Assembly: GCA_046716145.1 (NCBI GenBank)
Contig: JBKJXU010000021.1
Span: forward strand, 1-48,130
Source: Actinomycetota bacterium
GTDB lineage: Bacteria > Actinomycetota > UBA4738 > HRBIN12
Direction: 5' to 3'
DNA: 48,130 nt
In this document: in pieces, positions 10,414 through 19,379 of the stretch
How the letters are laid out: every line of letters starts with the position of its first letter
How positions within the stretch are numbered: the stretch's first letter is position 1
Notes under the pieces: generated by a model
Told to the model about the DNA's origin: nothing
The model's database searches: none
Seen by the model: only the letters and a program-made list of their open reading frames with translations
Translations under genes and position numbers: made by a program

Positions 10414-12609
10414 ATGATCGAGGAGCCAGCGCCAACCCCGGCGAATCGGGGGGACGAGGATCGGTCCGTCGCGCACCTGCGCATGCTCCACTCCCTGGGC
10501 GTCACGCTGAACAGCCTCACCGACGTGGGCGCCATCGGAGAGGCCGTCACCACCGAACTCGGGACGCTGATCGACTATCACAACTGCCGGGTCTATCTCC
10601 TGCAGCCCGACGGCACCACCCTGATGCCCATCGCCTTCCGCGGCGAGCTCCTGGTCGACTTCCCCGAGTACACGCAGGAAACGTACGAAGAGCTCATCAC
10701 GCAGATGGGCGAGGGGATCACCGGCACCGTCGCCGCCACGCGGACCTCGCTGCTCACGCCCGACGCACGGGAGGTCGCGTTCTCCGTGACCATCCCGGGT
10801 ACGGACGACGACCTGCTGGAGTCGATGCTCGCCGTGCCGATGCTGGCCGGCGAGGACGTGGTCGGTGTCATCGTCCTGTCGAGCCTGGGCTACGGGAAGT
10901 TCGACGAAGACGACCAGCGGCTGCTCGAGGTCCTGGCCGCCCACGCGGGGGCGGCGTTCAAGACGGCGCGACTGATCGAAGCCGAGCGCGGGGCAGCGCA
11001 GACGGCCGCAGCCCTTTTCGCGCTCTCCCAGAGCCTCACGTCCAAACGCAACGCGGGCGAGATCTTCCTCGAGGCGCTCGAGAGACTGCCGTCGATCGTG
11101 GGCTGCCAGGCCACCGCTGCCTATGTTCAAGACCTCGGCACGGGCGCCTTCAAGCTGGCCCAGGTGCACGGGGAAGACGGCGCAGCGCTCCGCGCACGAG
11201 CGGACATCCGCGACGTCTCTGCGGAGTTGGCCTCCGGGTTCCTCCAAGGAAACCTCGAGCCGTTCGTGGTCCCGGTGGAGATCGCCGAGCAGGTGCCACG
11301 CGACGTATGGTTCGTCGAGGAGACGAGCGACGTCCTGGTCACACCACTCGTGTGGGAGCCGGACGGGTTCGGGGCGATCGTCGCCGTCGCTCGACCGGGC
11401 GAGTCGTTCACCGACGCCGACATCCGATTCGCCAAGGGCCTCACGGACATCACGTCCCTGGCGCTCGGCAACGCACGGCGCCTGTCGGAGCTGGAGCGAT
11501 TCCACGAGTTGGTGGAGAGCCTGGACGCCACGTTCTGGGAGGCCGAGGCCGCCGACCTCACGTTCACCTTCGTCGGCGGAGGTGCGGCGGAGGGCCTCGG
11601 CGAGGGTGCGGCGGGTTGGCCCACCAGCGAGCAGCGATGGGGGGATCACATCGCGGCAGCGGACAGGCAGAGCGCCCTCGATGCGTGTCGCGACGCGATC
11701 GCGCACCGCGTCGATGCGAACCTCGAATACCGGCTGGCCGCGGACGAGGGAACCGACGCGACGTGGGTGCGGGACCTCGTCCATGTGGTCCGCGGGCCAC
11801 AGGGCGGCACGCTCCGCGGGCTCATGGTGGACATCACGGAGCGCAAGCAGGCAGAAGAAGCGCTGCGCGCCTCCGAGCGCAAGTACAGCGATGCCTTCCG
11901 CCGCGAACGCGAGGCCGCCCAGCAACTCCGAGCCTTGGACGAGATGAAGAACACGTTCCTGGAAGCCGTCTCCCATGATCTCCGGACGCCGCTCACGTCG
12001 ATCCTCGGATCGGCACTCACGCTCGAGCAATCGCAGCTCACCATCCCAGAAGAAGACGCGCTCGACCTCGTGCGTCGCATCGCGACGAACGCCCGGAAGC
12101 TCGAACGGCTCCTCGGCGACCTCCTCGACCTCGATCGTCTCCAGCGCGGCATCGTGGCCCCACAGCGACGCCCCACCGACCTCGCCGAGCTGATACATCG
12201 GGCCGTCGCCGAGACGGAGAACCCACAGGCACGCACCATCACCGTCGAGGCGGCGCCCGTCGTCGCGTCGCTCGATGGCGCGAAGGTCGAACGGATCGTC
12301 GAGAACCTCGTGGCGAACGCGCTCCGCCACACCGACGTCGAGGCGCACGTGTGGGTGCGGGCCGAAGCGCGTGACGGTGGCGTTCTCCTGGCGGTGGATG
12401 ACGACGGACCCGGCATCCCGGCGGAACTCCACGACGAGGTGTTCGAGCCGTTCCGCCAAGCGCCCGGGTCCGCGGCCGAGCACTCGCCCGGCGTCGGCAT
12501 CGGGCTCGCGCTGGTCCGACGGTTCGCCGAACTGCACGGCGGGCGGGCCTGGGTGCAGGAGCGTGAGGGCGGAGGCTCGTCCTTCCGCGTGCTCCTGCCC
12601 GCAGGCTGA
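10414..12609 (+). CDS. Cytoplasmic sensor histidine kinase (GAF-GAF-PAS-HisKA-HATPase)
   Basis: GEGITG GAF motif, DITERKQAEE, SHDLRTPLT, NLVANA, DDGPGI, GIGLA; AAGGAG RBS. Confidence 0.92.
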   Translation: MIEEPAPTPANRGDEDRSVAHLRMLHSLGVTLNSLTDVGAIGEAVTTELGTLIDYHNCRVYLLQPDGTTLMPIAFRGELLVDFPEYTQETYEELITQMGEGITGTVAATRTSLLTPDAREVAFSVTIPGTDDDLLESMLAVPMLAGEDVVGVIVLSSLGYGKFDEDDQRLLEVLAAHAGAAFKTARLIEAERGAAQTAAALFALSQSLTSKRNAGEIFLEALERLPSIVGCQATAAYVQDLGTGAFKLAQVHGEDGAALRARADIRDVSAELASGFLQGNLEPFVVPVEIAEQVPRDVWFVEETSDVLVTPLVWEPDGFGAIVAVARPGESFTDADIRFAKGLTDITSLALGNARRLSELERFHELVESLDATFWEAEAADLTFTFVGGGAAEGLGEGAAGWPTSEQRWGDHIAAADRQSALDACRDAIAHRVDANLEYRLAADEGTDATWVRDLVHVVRGPQGGTLRGLMVDITERKQAEEALRASERKYSDAFRREREAAQQLRALDEMKNTFLEAVSHDLRTPLTSILGSALTLEQSQLTIPEEDALDLVRRIATNARKLERLLGDLLDLDRLQRGIVAPQRRPTDLAELIHRAVAETENPQARTITVEAAPVVASLDGAKVERIVENLVANALRHTDVEAHVWVRAEARDGGVLLAVDDDGPGIPAELHDEVFEPFRQAPGSAAEHSPGVGIGLALVRRFAELHGGRAWVQEREGGGSSFRVLLPAG

Positions 12610-12620
12610 CCCGCACCGCC

Positions 12621-13175
12621 TCAGATGAACAGCGTGACGGCGTCTTGTGCTTCGGCGAGCGCCGTGGTGGCACCCGCGGGCTCCGCGAGCCCTTCGATCA
12701 GGTCCTCCGTCGTGAGCCCGAGCAGGTCCATCGTCATCTGGCACGGGATCATGCGGACACCCAGGTCGCGCGCCACCTCGAGCAGCTCGCCCGGGGAGAC
12801 CACGGGGTGCTCCTCAGCCAGCCGCTTCATCATCGCCGGCCCCGCGCCGGCGAACTGCATCTTCGACAAGGGCAGGTGCTCGGTGCCGCCGCGGTTCATC
12901 AGCGAGAGCATCTTCTGCATCCAGTTCTCCCCGGTGATCCGAACGTCGTTCTTCACCAGCGGGAACAGACCCCAGACCGTGAAGAACACCGTGGTCGGCA
13001 TCCCCATCGCGGCCGCGGCGGTCGCCAGGATGAACGTCGGCCATACGCGATCCAGCTCGCCGCTAACACGCGAAGATCACCAGCTTGCGATGCGTGGCGC
13101 TCTCGCGTCCATCTGCGCCTGCAGCGTGGCGAGCATCTCGTCATAGACCGTGGGTTGCAGCGTCTGGGTCGTCAT
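12621..13175 (-). pseudogene. DsrE/DsrF/DrsH-like sulfur carrier with an in-frame TGA caused by two compensating indels
   Basis: SGELDRVWPTFILATAAAAMG..VFFTVWGL..CQMTM..LFI; TGA at 13077-13079; the expected KLVIFA strand lies in a shifted frame. Confidence 0.75.
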
Positions 13176-13182
13176 CGGATCC

Positions 13183-13380
13183 TCACGCCTTCCTGATGAG
13201 GAAGCGGAACACGCCCGCGTCCTCGGTCTGTTCCACGAGTTCGTGACCCGTGGTACGCGCCCACGCGGCGAAGTCCGGGACCGAACCCGGGTCCGTCGCG
13301 AACGCCTCCAGCAGGTCACCCGGTTGTAGATCGCGGATCGCCAAGGCGGTCTTCGCGATCGTCACGTCCATCGTCCTCAT
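13183..13380 (-). CDS. TusA/SirA family protein lacking the CPxP motif
   Basis: GDLLEAFATDPGSVPDFAAWARTTGHEL; the N-terminus reads MDVT|IAKT. Confidence 0.8.
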   Translation of the reverse strand: MRTMDVTIAKTALAIRDLQPGDLLEAFATDPGSVPDFAAWARTTGHELVEQTEDAGVFRFLIRKA

Positions 13381-14546
13381 GCTCCCTTCGGCATCGTCCC
13401 GGGCGCGCGCTCGGGCAACCGGCCCTGCGGCACGGTCTCCCAGTACGCACGGTTGAAGATCCATTTCGCCATGTGCCACGCCCGGCTCGGCTGTGGCGGC
13501 ACCGGCGGGTGCTCGTAGTCGAACCGCAGGGCCGTCGCCTTGCCGTCACCGGTCTCCAGGAAGCACATGACCCGGCCGCCGTAGTTCTCTTTCGGGGCCG
13601 TCCCTTTGACCATCGAGGCGATCCGGCTCGCGATCACCGGAGCCTCGAAGTGAGCCGTCGATCCGGACTTCGAGATGGGCAGGTTGGTCGCATCGCCGAG
13701 GGCGAAGACAGCGTCCTGGCCCTCGACCTGCAGGGTGTGCTTGTCGGTCGGCAACCAGCCCCCGGCATCTCCGAGGTTCGACTCGCGAACCACCTGCTGT
13801 CCCTCGTGCGGCGGGACCAGGACGAGCAGGTCGTACTCGCGCTTCTCCCCTTCGAGCGATGACACGCTGCCGGCGCCGGGATCGACCTCCTCGACGTTGA
13901 AGAAGGTGGCGAGCTCGATGTCACGAGCAGCCATGATCGGCTGGATCAGCGCGGACGCGGACTCGATCGTGAACGCGCGGTTCAAAGGCGACAGCAGCGT
14001 CACCTCGCTCTGGTCGCGGATGCCGCGGTCGCGCAGGTAGCCGTCCACCATCATGGTGAACTCGACCGGCGCGGGCGGGCACTTGTACGGGATGCCGGCC
14101 ACACCGACGAGCAACCGCCCGCCGCGGAACCGCCTGAGCTCTTCACGCAGCCGTTCGGCGTCCTGCAGCGAGTAGAAGCCGTAGGACCCCTCGAGCAGAC
14201 CGGGGATCTTCTCGTGGACCAGGCGGGCGCCTGTCGCCATGATCAGGTAGTCGTAGGGCAGGCTCCCGCCGCGCGCCAGCTGCACCGTGCGCGCCTCGGG
14301 GTGCACCCGCACGGCTTCTTCGATCGCGAGGTCGACGTTCGGGCGCAGGAGCGTCCGCTCGTCGCGGGACAACCAGTGCCCGCTCGCCTGACCGAGCGCG
14401 ACGTAGAGATACCCCGGCTGGTAGTCGTGCATGCCCGTGGGATCCACCACGGTGACATGGACGTCGCGACCGAGGCCCTTATCGAGGAGGTTGGCGACGA
14501 GGGTGCCTCCGACGCCACCGCCCAGCACCACGACGCGAGCGGGCAT
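13377..14546 (-). CDS. sqr: Sulfide:quinone oxidoreductase-like FAD-dependent enzyme
   Basis: GGGVGG, YQPG, ATG, YKCPPAPVE, ALGDAT, CFLETG; flanked by tusA/dsrE genes. Confidence 0.85.
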   Translation of the reverse strand: MPARVVVLGGGVGGTLVANLLDKGLGRDVHVTVVDPTGMHDYQPGYLYVALGQASGHWLSRDERTLLRPNVDLAIEEAVRVHPEARTVQLARGGSLPYDYLIMATGARLVHEKIPGLLEGSYGFYSLQDAERLREELRRFRGGRLLVGVAGIPYKCPPAPVEFTMMVDGYLRDRGIRDQSEVTLLSPLNRAFTIESASALIQPIMAARDIELATFFNVEEVDPGAGSVSSLEGEKREYDLLVLVPPHEGQQVVRESNLGDAGGWLPTDKHTLQVEGQDAVFALGDATNLPISKSGSTAHFEAPVIASRIASMVKGTAPKENYGGRVMCFLETGDGKATALRFDYEHPPVPPQPSRAWHMAKWIFNRAYWETVPQGRLPERAPGTMPKGA

Positions 14547-14551
14547 CGCCC

Positions 14552-14791
14552 TCACCTCGCCTTCTGCACCACGAACCGTGCGAAGCCGTCTTCGGGGACG
14601 ACCTCGAGCAGGCGGTGCTGCGCCTTCGTGATCCAGGCCGGGATGTCGGTCTTCGAACCCTCGTCGGTGGACAAGACCTCGAGGACGTCGCCGACCTGGC
14701 CCTCGCGGATGGCCCCGATCAGGCTCATCAGCGGGCCGGGGCACGGCATCCCGCGGGCGTCGATCGACCTGGTGATGTCGGTGGTCGTCAT
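14552..14791 (-). CDS. tusA: Sulfurtransferase TusA family protein
   Basis: IDARGMPCPGP and STDEGSKTDIPAW. Confidence 0.92.
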   Translation of the reverse strand: MTTTDITRSIDARGMPCPGPLMSLIGAIREGQVGDVLEVLSTDEGSKTDIPAWITKAQHRLLEVVPEDGFARFVVQKAR

Positions 14792-14805
14792 CGTGGGTAC
14801 CTCCT

Positions 14806-15207
14806 TCAGATGAACGTCACGGGTCCGTCGGCGGCCGCGAAGAACGAGGCCACACCCCAGACACCGTCGACCATGGGGTCGAGATCTTCCTGGGTGATGT
14901 GGAACATCTCCATCGAGTCCGAGCAGGCGTAGACGTGCACCTCGCCGATGTCCTTGCTCTGGCGCAGCAGCTCGCTCCAGTGGGTCTTGCCCTGATCACG
15001 CATCGCTGCTTCGCCGTCGGGTCCGGCCTCCGGTGCAACGCCGTGGTCCTTGAGGATGCGGTCGGCGCGGAAGGCATCCAGCGCCCAGTACTGGAGGAAC
15101 AGGTTGACGTCGCGGCCCATCGCGGCCGCGCCCACCGTGAGAACCGCCGCGGCCTGCAGCTTGTCGTCGGTCCCGGAGAACAGTGCGAGAGAGAAGGTGT
15201 CGCTCAT
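14806..15207 (-). CDS. DsrE/DsrF/DrsH-like family protein
   Basis: LFSGTDDKL, GAAAMG, YACSDSM, GVASF, TFI. Confidence 0.88.
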   Translation of the reverse strand: MSDTFSLALFSGTDDKLQAAAVLTVGAAAMGRDVNLFLQYWALDAFRADRILKDHGVAPEAGPDGEAAMRDQGKTHWSELLRQSKDIGEVHVYACSDSMEMFHITQEDLDPMVDGVWGVASFFAAADGPVTFI

Positions 15208-15268
15208 CGTGTGCTCCTCGTGGTCGGTTCGTTACCTGCAGCTTCGGACGCGAGAGGGAGCAGGGGGT

Positions 15269-15282
15269 GGGCCATGGGACCC
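15269..15282. promoter_or_regulatory. DosR/OsdR-like box
   Basis: GGGCC-ATGG-GACCC fits GGGNC-N4-GNCCC, about 60 nt upstream of dsrE. Confidence 0.4.
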
Positions 15283-15354
15283 TGCCGTGAAGGGCCTTCC
15301 GCGGGAACGAGGCGGGTCACGGTCGTTCACCCTGACCGCGATAGGGTCCCCGGC

Positions 15355-16914
15355 ATGCTCGACTTGGTGATCGTGAACGCGTCGATCGTGAACGGCAGTG
15401 GCGCCGAGCCCTTCGCCGGCTGGGTCGGCGTCCGCGGCGACCGGATCGTGGCCGTTGAGCGGACCGGCGACGCGCCCGGGGCGGCGCGCGTGATCGACGC
15501 GGGCGGCGCGACCCTGGCTCCTGGCTTCGTCGACGTGCACAACCACTCGGACCTGTCGCCGCTCGTGCTGCCGGGGATGCCGAGCACGATCCGTCAGGGC
15601 GTCACGTCCGTCGTGGTCGGCAACTGCGGATCCTCACCGTGGCCGCTCGCGGGCTGGGACGAAGCCGTGTCGCTCGCCTATGCCGAGCCCGAAGATCATC
15701 CCCGACCGGCGTGGACGACCTGGAGCGACTTCCTCGACGCGATCGACGACGCCGAGCCGACCGTGAACGTCGCCACGCTCGTCGGTCACGGGACGGTGCG
15801 CCAGGAGGTGATGGGGCTGGCTGCGGGTGAGCCCTCGCCCGATGCGCTCGAGCAGATGACACTCCTCGTGCGTGGCGCGGTGGCTCAAGGTGCGGTGGGC
15901 GTGTCGACGGGACTGATCTACGTGCCTGGCATCCTCAGCGGCACCGAGGAGATCGTCGCGGTCGCGGCAGCGGCCGCAGCGGAGGGAGGCCTGTACACCA
16001 GCCATGTCCGCGGCGAGGGACGAGACCTGTTCGCGGCCGTGGACGAGGCCATCAGGGTCGGCGAACGAGCGAGCATCGGCGTGCACATCAGTCATCTGAA
16101 GTGCGAGTCATCTCGCGTATGGGGGCGAGCGGGCGAACTCCTCGAGACGATCAACGCCGCGGGAGCGACGGGCGATCAGTACCCCTACGCGGCGTGGAAC
16201 TCCTCGCTGGCCTCGCTGCTGCCACCATGGGCACCGATCGCGGGCGTCGCCTCGATCGCCGAAGACGACGGGCCGCGTCTGCGGCGCGTGGTCGAGGACG
16301 GCGAGCCCGGGTTCCAGTCCTCCGTCGACGGTGTGGGTTGGGACAAGATCGTGATCAGCCAGACCGCCGACGCGCGCTACCATGGGCTGAGCATCACCGA
16401 GGTGGCCAACGCCATGGCGTGCGATCCGTTCGATGCCCTGGTGGCGTTGCTGACCGAGGATCCGGACACCTCGTGCATCGGCCATGCCATGCATCGAGAC
16501 GACGTTTCGACGATCCTCGCCGACCCCGGTGTGTTCGTGGCTTCCGACGCGTCAGCGATCGATCCGACTTCACCGGCGGGATCGTTCGCCGTGCATCCGC
16601 GCGACTACGGCACGTTCCCCCGCGCGCTGGAGGTCTGCCGTGATGCGGGCCTGCTCCCGCTCGAAGCGATCGTGCGGAAGATGACGTCCCTGCCGGCCGA
16701 GCGGTTCGGGCTCACAGACCGCGGGCGGATCGGGGAGGGTGCCTTCGCCGACCTGGTGCTCTTCTTCCGGAACGATGTGCGCGATGTCGCGACCTACGCG
16801 GCGCCGCACGCGTTCCCCGAAGGGATCAGCACGGTCATCGTCAACGGATCTGTGGCCTGGGAGCGGGGACGCGACGACATCACGCGAGCCGGGCGGGCGC
16901 TCCGCCGGACCTGA
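15355..16914 (+). CDS. N-acyl-D-amino-acid deacylase (amidohydrolase)
   Basis: APGFVDVHNHSD, GNCG, SHVRGE, ISHLK, HPRDYGTFPR. Confidence 0.92.
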   Translation: MLDLVIVNASIVNGSGAEPFAGWVGVRGDRIVAVERTGDAPGAARVIDAGGATLAPGFVDVHNHSDLSPLVLPGMPSTIRQGVTSVVVGNCGSSPWPLAGWDEAVSLAYAEPEDHPRPAWTTWSDFLDAIDDAEPTVNVATLVGHGTVRQEVMGLAAGEPSPDALEQMTLLVRGAVAQGAVGVSTGLIYVPGILSGTEEIVAVAAAAAAEGGLYTSHVRGEGRDLFAAVDEAIRVGERASIGVHISHLKCESSRVWGRAGELLETINAAGATGDQYPYAAWNSSLASLLPPWAPIAGVASIAEDDGPRLRRVVEDGEPGFQSSVDGVGWDKIVISQTADARYHGLSITEVANAMACDPFDALVALLTEDPDTSCIGHAMHRDDVSTILADPGVFVASDASAIDPTSPAGSFAVHPRDYGTFPRALEVCRDAGLLPLEAIVRKMTSLPAERFGLTDRGRIGEGAFADLVLFFRNDVRDVATYAAPHAFPEGISTVIVNGSVAWERGRDDITRAGRALRRT

Positions 16915-16916
16915 AG

Positions 16917-16990
16917 AGCCGGCGGACGGATTCGAACCGTCGACCTACCGATTACAAATCGGTTGCGCTACCGGGCTGCGCCACGCCGGC
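16917..16990 (-). tRNA. tRNA-Thr(TGT), CCA not encoded
   Basis: Cloverleaf with GCCGGCG/CGCCGGC acceptor stem, ACCGA-TTTGTAA-TCGGT anticodon arm and TTCGAAT T-loop. Confidence 0.95.
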
Positions 16991-17001
16991 CTCGCGCGAG
17001 T

Positions 17002-17436
17002 CTACCGCCGGTGGAACGAGGGACCGCTCGCGACGACCGCCCAGATCACGAACCCGCTGAGGGCGATCGACATCAAACCGCTCGTGGCGGCGCTCGTGGC
17101 TTGGATCACGCCGAGAACCACGCCGAGCCCACCCATCACCAGCCCGGCCACGCGACCGATCGGCGACATCGTCATGAGGAGCACCGACGCGATCAGCTGC
17201 GCGGCCGCGAGCACGAGATACAGCGGACCGATCGACCCCGCTTGCTCGAAGAGCACCACGAACAGGGCGTTCATCGCGCCCGCGATGAAAAGCACGAGCG
17301 CAGCGGTGCTGACCACCGCGGGACGGCGGACCCGCGGGGCCTCCGCGGGCACCGGCACCTCGAAGTCCTCGAATGACCGACGAGGCGGTTCGTCTGGGGA
17401 CCCGGGCGGGGTCCAAGGCGGATCCACGGCGCCCAT
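17002..17436 (-). CDS. Hypothetical membrane protein (about 4 TM helices, Pro-rich N-terminus)
   Basis: Hydrophobic segments; overlaps the rlmB stop; start uncertain. Confidence 0.7.
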   Translation of the reverse strand: MGAVDPPWTPPGSPDEPPRRSFEDFEVPVPAEAPRVRRPAVVSTAALVLFIAGAMNALFVVLFEQAGSIGPLYLVLAAAQLIASVLLMTMSPIGRVAGLVMGGLGVVLGVIQATSAATSGLMSIALSGFVIWAVVASGPSFHRR

Positions 17437-18176
17437 CATGCCCCAGCCCTGGAGGGAAGCACGTAGCCGTAGAGCACGGCCGCGAGCGACGCCGCCGCAT
17501 TGAGCGAGTCGACCTTGCCGTGCATGGGAAGCGCCACCAGACGGTCGCACGACTTCCTGACCAGGCGGGACATCCCGGTCCCCTCGCTGCCGATCACGAC
17601 GGCGATCCGGCCCGACGGGCAGGGCTCGTGGAAGACCGAAACCGGCGCTGTGGCATCCAGACCCACCACCGTGAACCCCTCGTCCTGCAGGCGCAGCAGC
17701 GCCCGCGAGATGTTGGCCACGCGTGCGTGCGGCAGGTGTGCCAGCGCACCGGCGGACGCCCGCATCGCCGCGTCCGTCACCGGCGCCGAGCGGCGCACCC
17801 TCGTCACCAACATCGAAGCGCCGGCGGCCTCCGCCGAGCGCGCGGACGCCCCGAGGTTCTGCGGATCTTCGACGCCATCGAGGACCACGACGATCGCATC
17901 CTCTGCGAACGGGAACGACGCCATCTCACGCTCGCCGAGCTCCCCCTCCTGACGGCCGGTTCGCACTCGGGCCACGAACCCGCGGTGGTCGATCGCGAGA
18001 GCATCGAGCTCTTCCCGCGAGGCTTCGCGCACACGGATGCCGCCCGCCCTCGCGGCCGCGATCACCTCGAGCGAGGCGGGGCTCTCACGGCCGCCGCGCA
18101 CCACCAGGACCTCGCTCACGCGCCCCGACCGGATCGACTCCATGACGGCACGCTTGCCGGAGACGATCGTGCTCAC
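17436..18176 (-). CDS. rlmB: 23S rRNA (G2251-2'-O)-methyltransferase, SpoU family
   Basis: LDGVEDPQNLGA, GSEGTG, LPMHGKVDSLNAA. Confidence 0.93.
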   Translation of the reverse strand: MSTIVSGKRAVMESIRSGRVSEVLVVRGGRESPASLEVIAAARAGGIRVREASREELDALAIDHRGFVARVRTGRQEGELGEREMASFPFAEDAIVVVLDGVEDPQNLGASARSAEAAGASMLVTRVRRSAPVTDAAMRASAGALAHLPHARVANISRALLRLQDEGFTVVGLDATAPVSVFHEPCPSGRIAVVIGSEGTGMSRLVRKSCDRLVALPMHGKVDSLNAAASLAAVLYGYVLPSRAGA

Positions 18177-18664
18177 ACCACCACCGCGATGGCCAGACAT
18201 CCGATCCCATCAGGCTGCAGACCCAGACCCTCGGGTCTCGTCGCCTTCACGGAAACGTTCTCCAGGGCGACGCCCAGAACCTCGGCGAGTGCCGAGCGCA
18301 TCGCCGCCCGCTCGGGCGCGATAGACGGCCGGTCGCAGATCACGGAAACGTCACAGGACCACGGACGCGCTCCCGCCTCCGCGAGCACCCCGACGGTTCG
18401 GGCAAGGAGCGCCGGGCCGGCGATGCCCTCGAACGCCGGGTCGGTCTCGGGGAAGTGGTCGCCGACGTCGCCGAGCGCCACGGCGCCCAGGAGCGCATCC
18501 GCCAACGCATGACACACGACATCTCCGTCGGAATGTCCGGCGAGGCCGAGTTCGTGATCGAACGTGACGCCGCCCAGGACCAACTGTCGTCCCGCCGAGA
18601 ACCGATGGACGTCGAACCCGAGGCCCGTACGAGGGATCGGCGAGGCTCCCCCGGGGTCAGTCAC
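18173..18664 (-). CDS. ispF: 2-C-methyl-D-erythritol 2,4-cyclodiphosphate synthase
   Basis: GFDVH, GHSDGDVVCHA, VSVKAT. Confidence 0.97.
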   Translation of the reverse strand: MTDPGGASPIPRTGLGFDVHRFSAGRQLVLGGVTFDHELGLAGHSDGDVVCHALADALLGAVALGDVGDHFPETDPAFEGIAGPALLARTVGVLAEAGARPWSCDVSVICDRPSIAPERAAMRSALAEVLGVALENVSVKATRPEGLGLQPDGIGCLAIAVVV

Positions 18665-19346
18665 CCGGCCCGCTCATGCGTGCCTCGGCATGGGCGAGGT
18701 CGAGCATCGTGGTGATCTTCAGGTTGCCGGGGTCACCCGGCACCGTGACCACCTTGCCCGAGCCCTCCAGGAGCATCGCGTCGTCGGTCACCTCAGCGCC
18801 GTCGGCCTCTGCCTGTGCATGGGCGGCACGCAGGGCCTCGAGGGGGAACGCCTGCGGCGTCTGAGCGAGGGCCAGTCCGCTGCGCTCCTCGGTGCCGACC
18901 ACCAGATCGACGTCGACGCGCTTGACCGTGTCCATGATCGAGAGGACGGGGACAGCGCCCTCGACCCCTCCGACGACGGCCTCGACCACCGCGGTGAACA
19001 GGTCCGGCGGAGCGAACGGCCGGGCTGCATCGTGGATCGCGACCACATCGACATCGTCTCCGAGTGCCACGAGCGCTTCGCGTACGGAGGCCTGGCGCGT
19101 CGGCCCACCGGTCACCACCGTGCAGGGCACCTCGAGGCCCTCGACGCAGAGACGGGCCGTTTCCTCGTAGCCGGCCGGCGCGGTCACCACCACCGCGCCG
19201 ATAGCGGGCGAAGCTGCGGCCGCGGCCACCGCGACCGACAGCATGGGCCGGTCGCCGATCGACAGGAAGGCCTTCGGGATCTCCGTCCCGAGCCGGCGGC
19301 CCGCGCCGGCGGCCAGGACGATCGCGACGGCTCGCGTTCCGCTCAC
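18657..19346 (-). CDS. ispD: 2-C-methyl-D-erythritol 4-phosphate cytidylyltransferase
   Basis: LAAGAGRR, HDAARP, QTPQAF, TDD, NLKIT. Confidence 0.97.
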   Translation of the reverse strand: MSGTRAVAIVLAAGAGRRLGTEIPKAFLSIGDRPMLSVAVAAAAASPAIGAVVVTAPAGYEETARLCVEGLEVPCTVVTGGPTRQASVREALVALGDDVDVVAIHDAARPFAPPDLFTAVVEAVVGGVEGAVPVLSIMDTVKRVDVDLVVGTEERSGLALAQTPQAFPLEALRAAHAQAEADGAEVTDDAMLLEGSGKVVTVPGDPGNLKITTMLDLAHAEARMSGPGD

Positions 19347-19379
19347 CTGCGGAGCATGCCAGAGAAAGCCTAGGCGGCG

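Noticed and set aside
13077-13079. Selenocysteine read-through of the in-frame TGA in dsrE
   Set aside because: The TGA is not at the conserved Cys (CQMTM is intact) and the flanking residues fit the family only in the shifted frame; paired indels explain it better.
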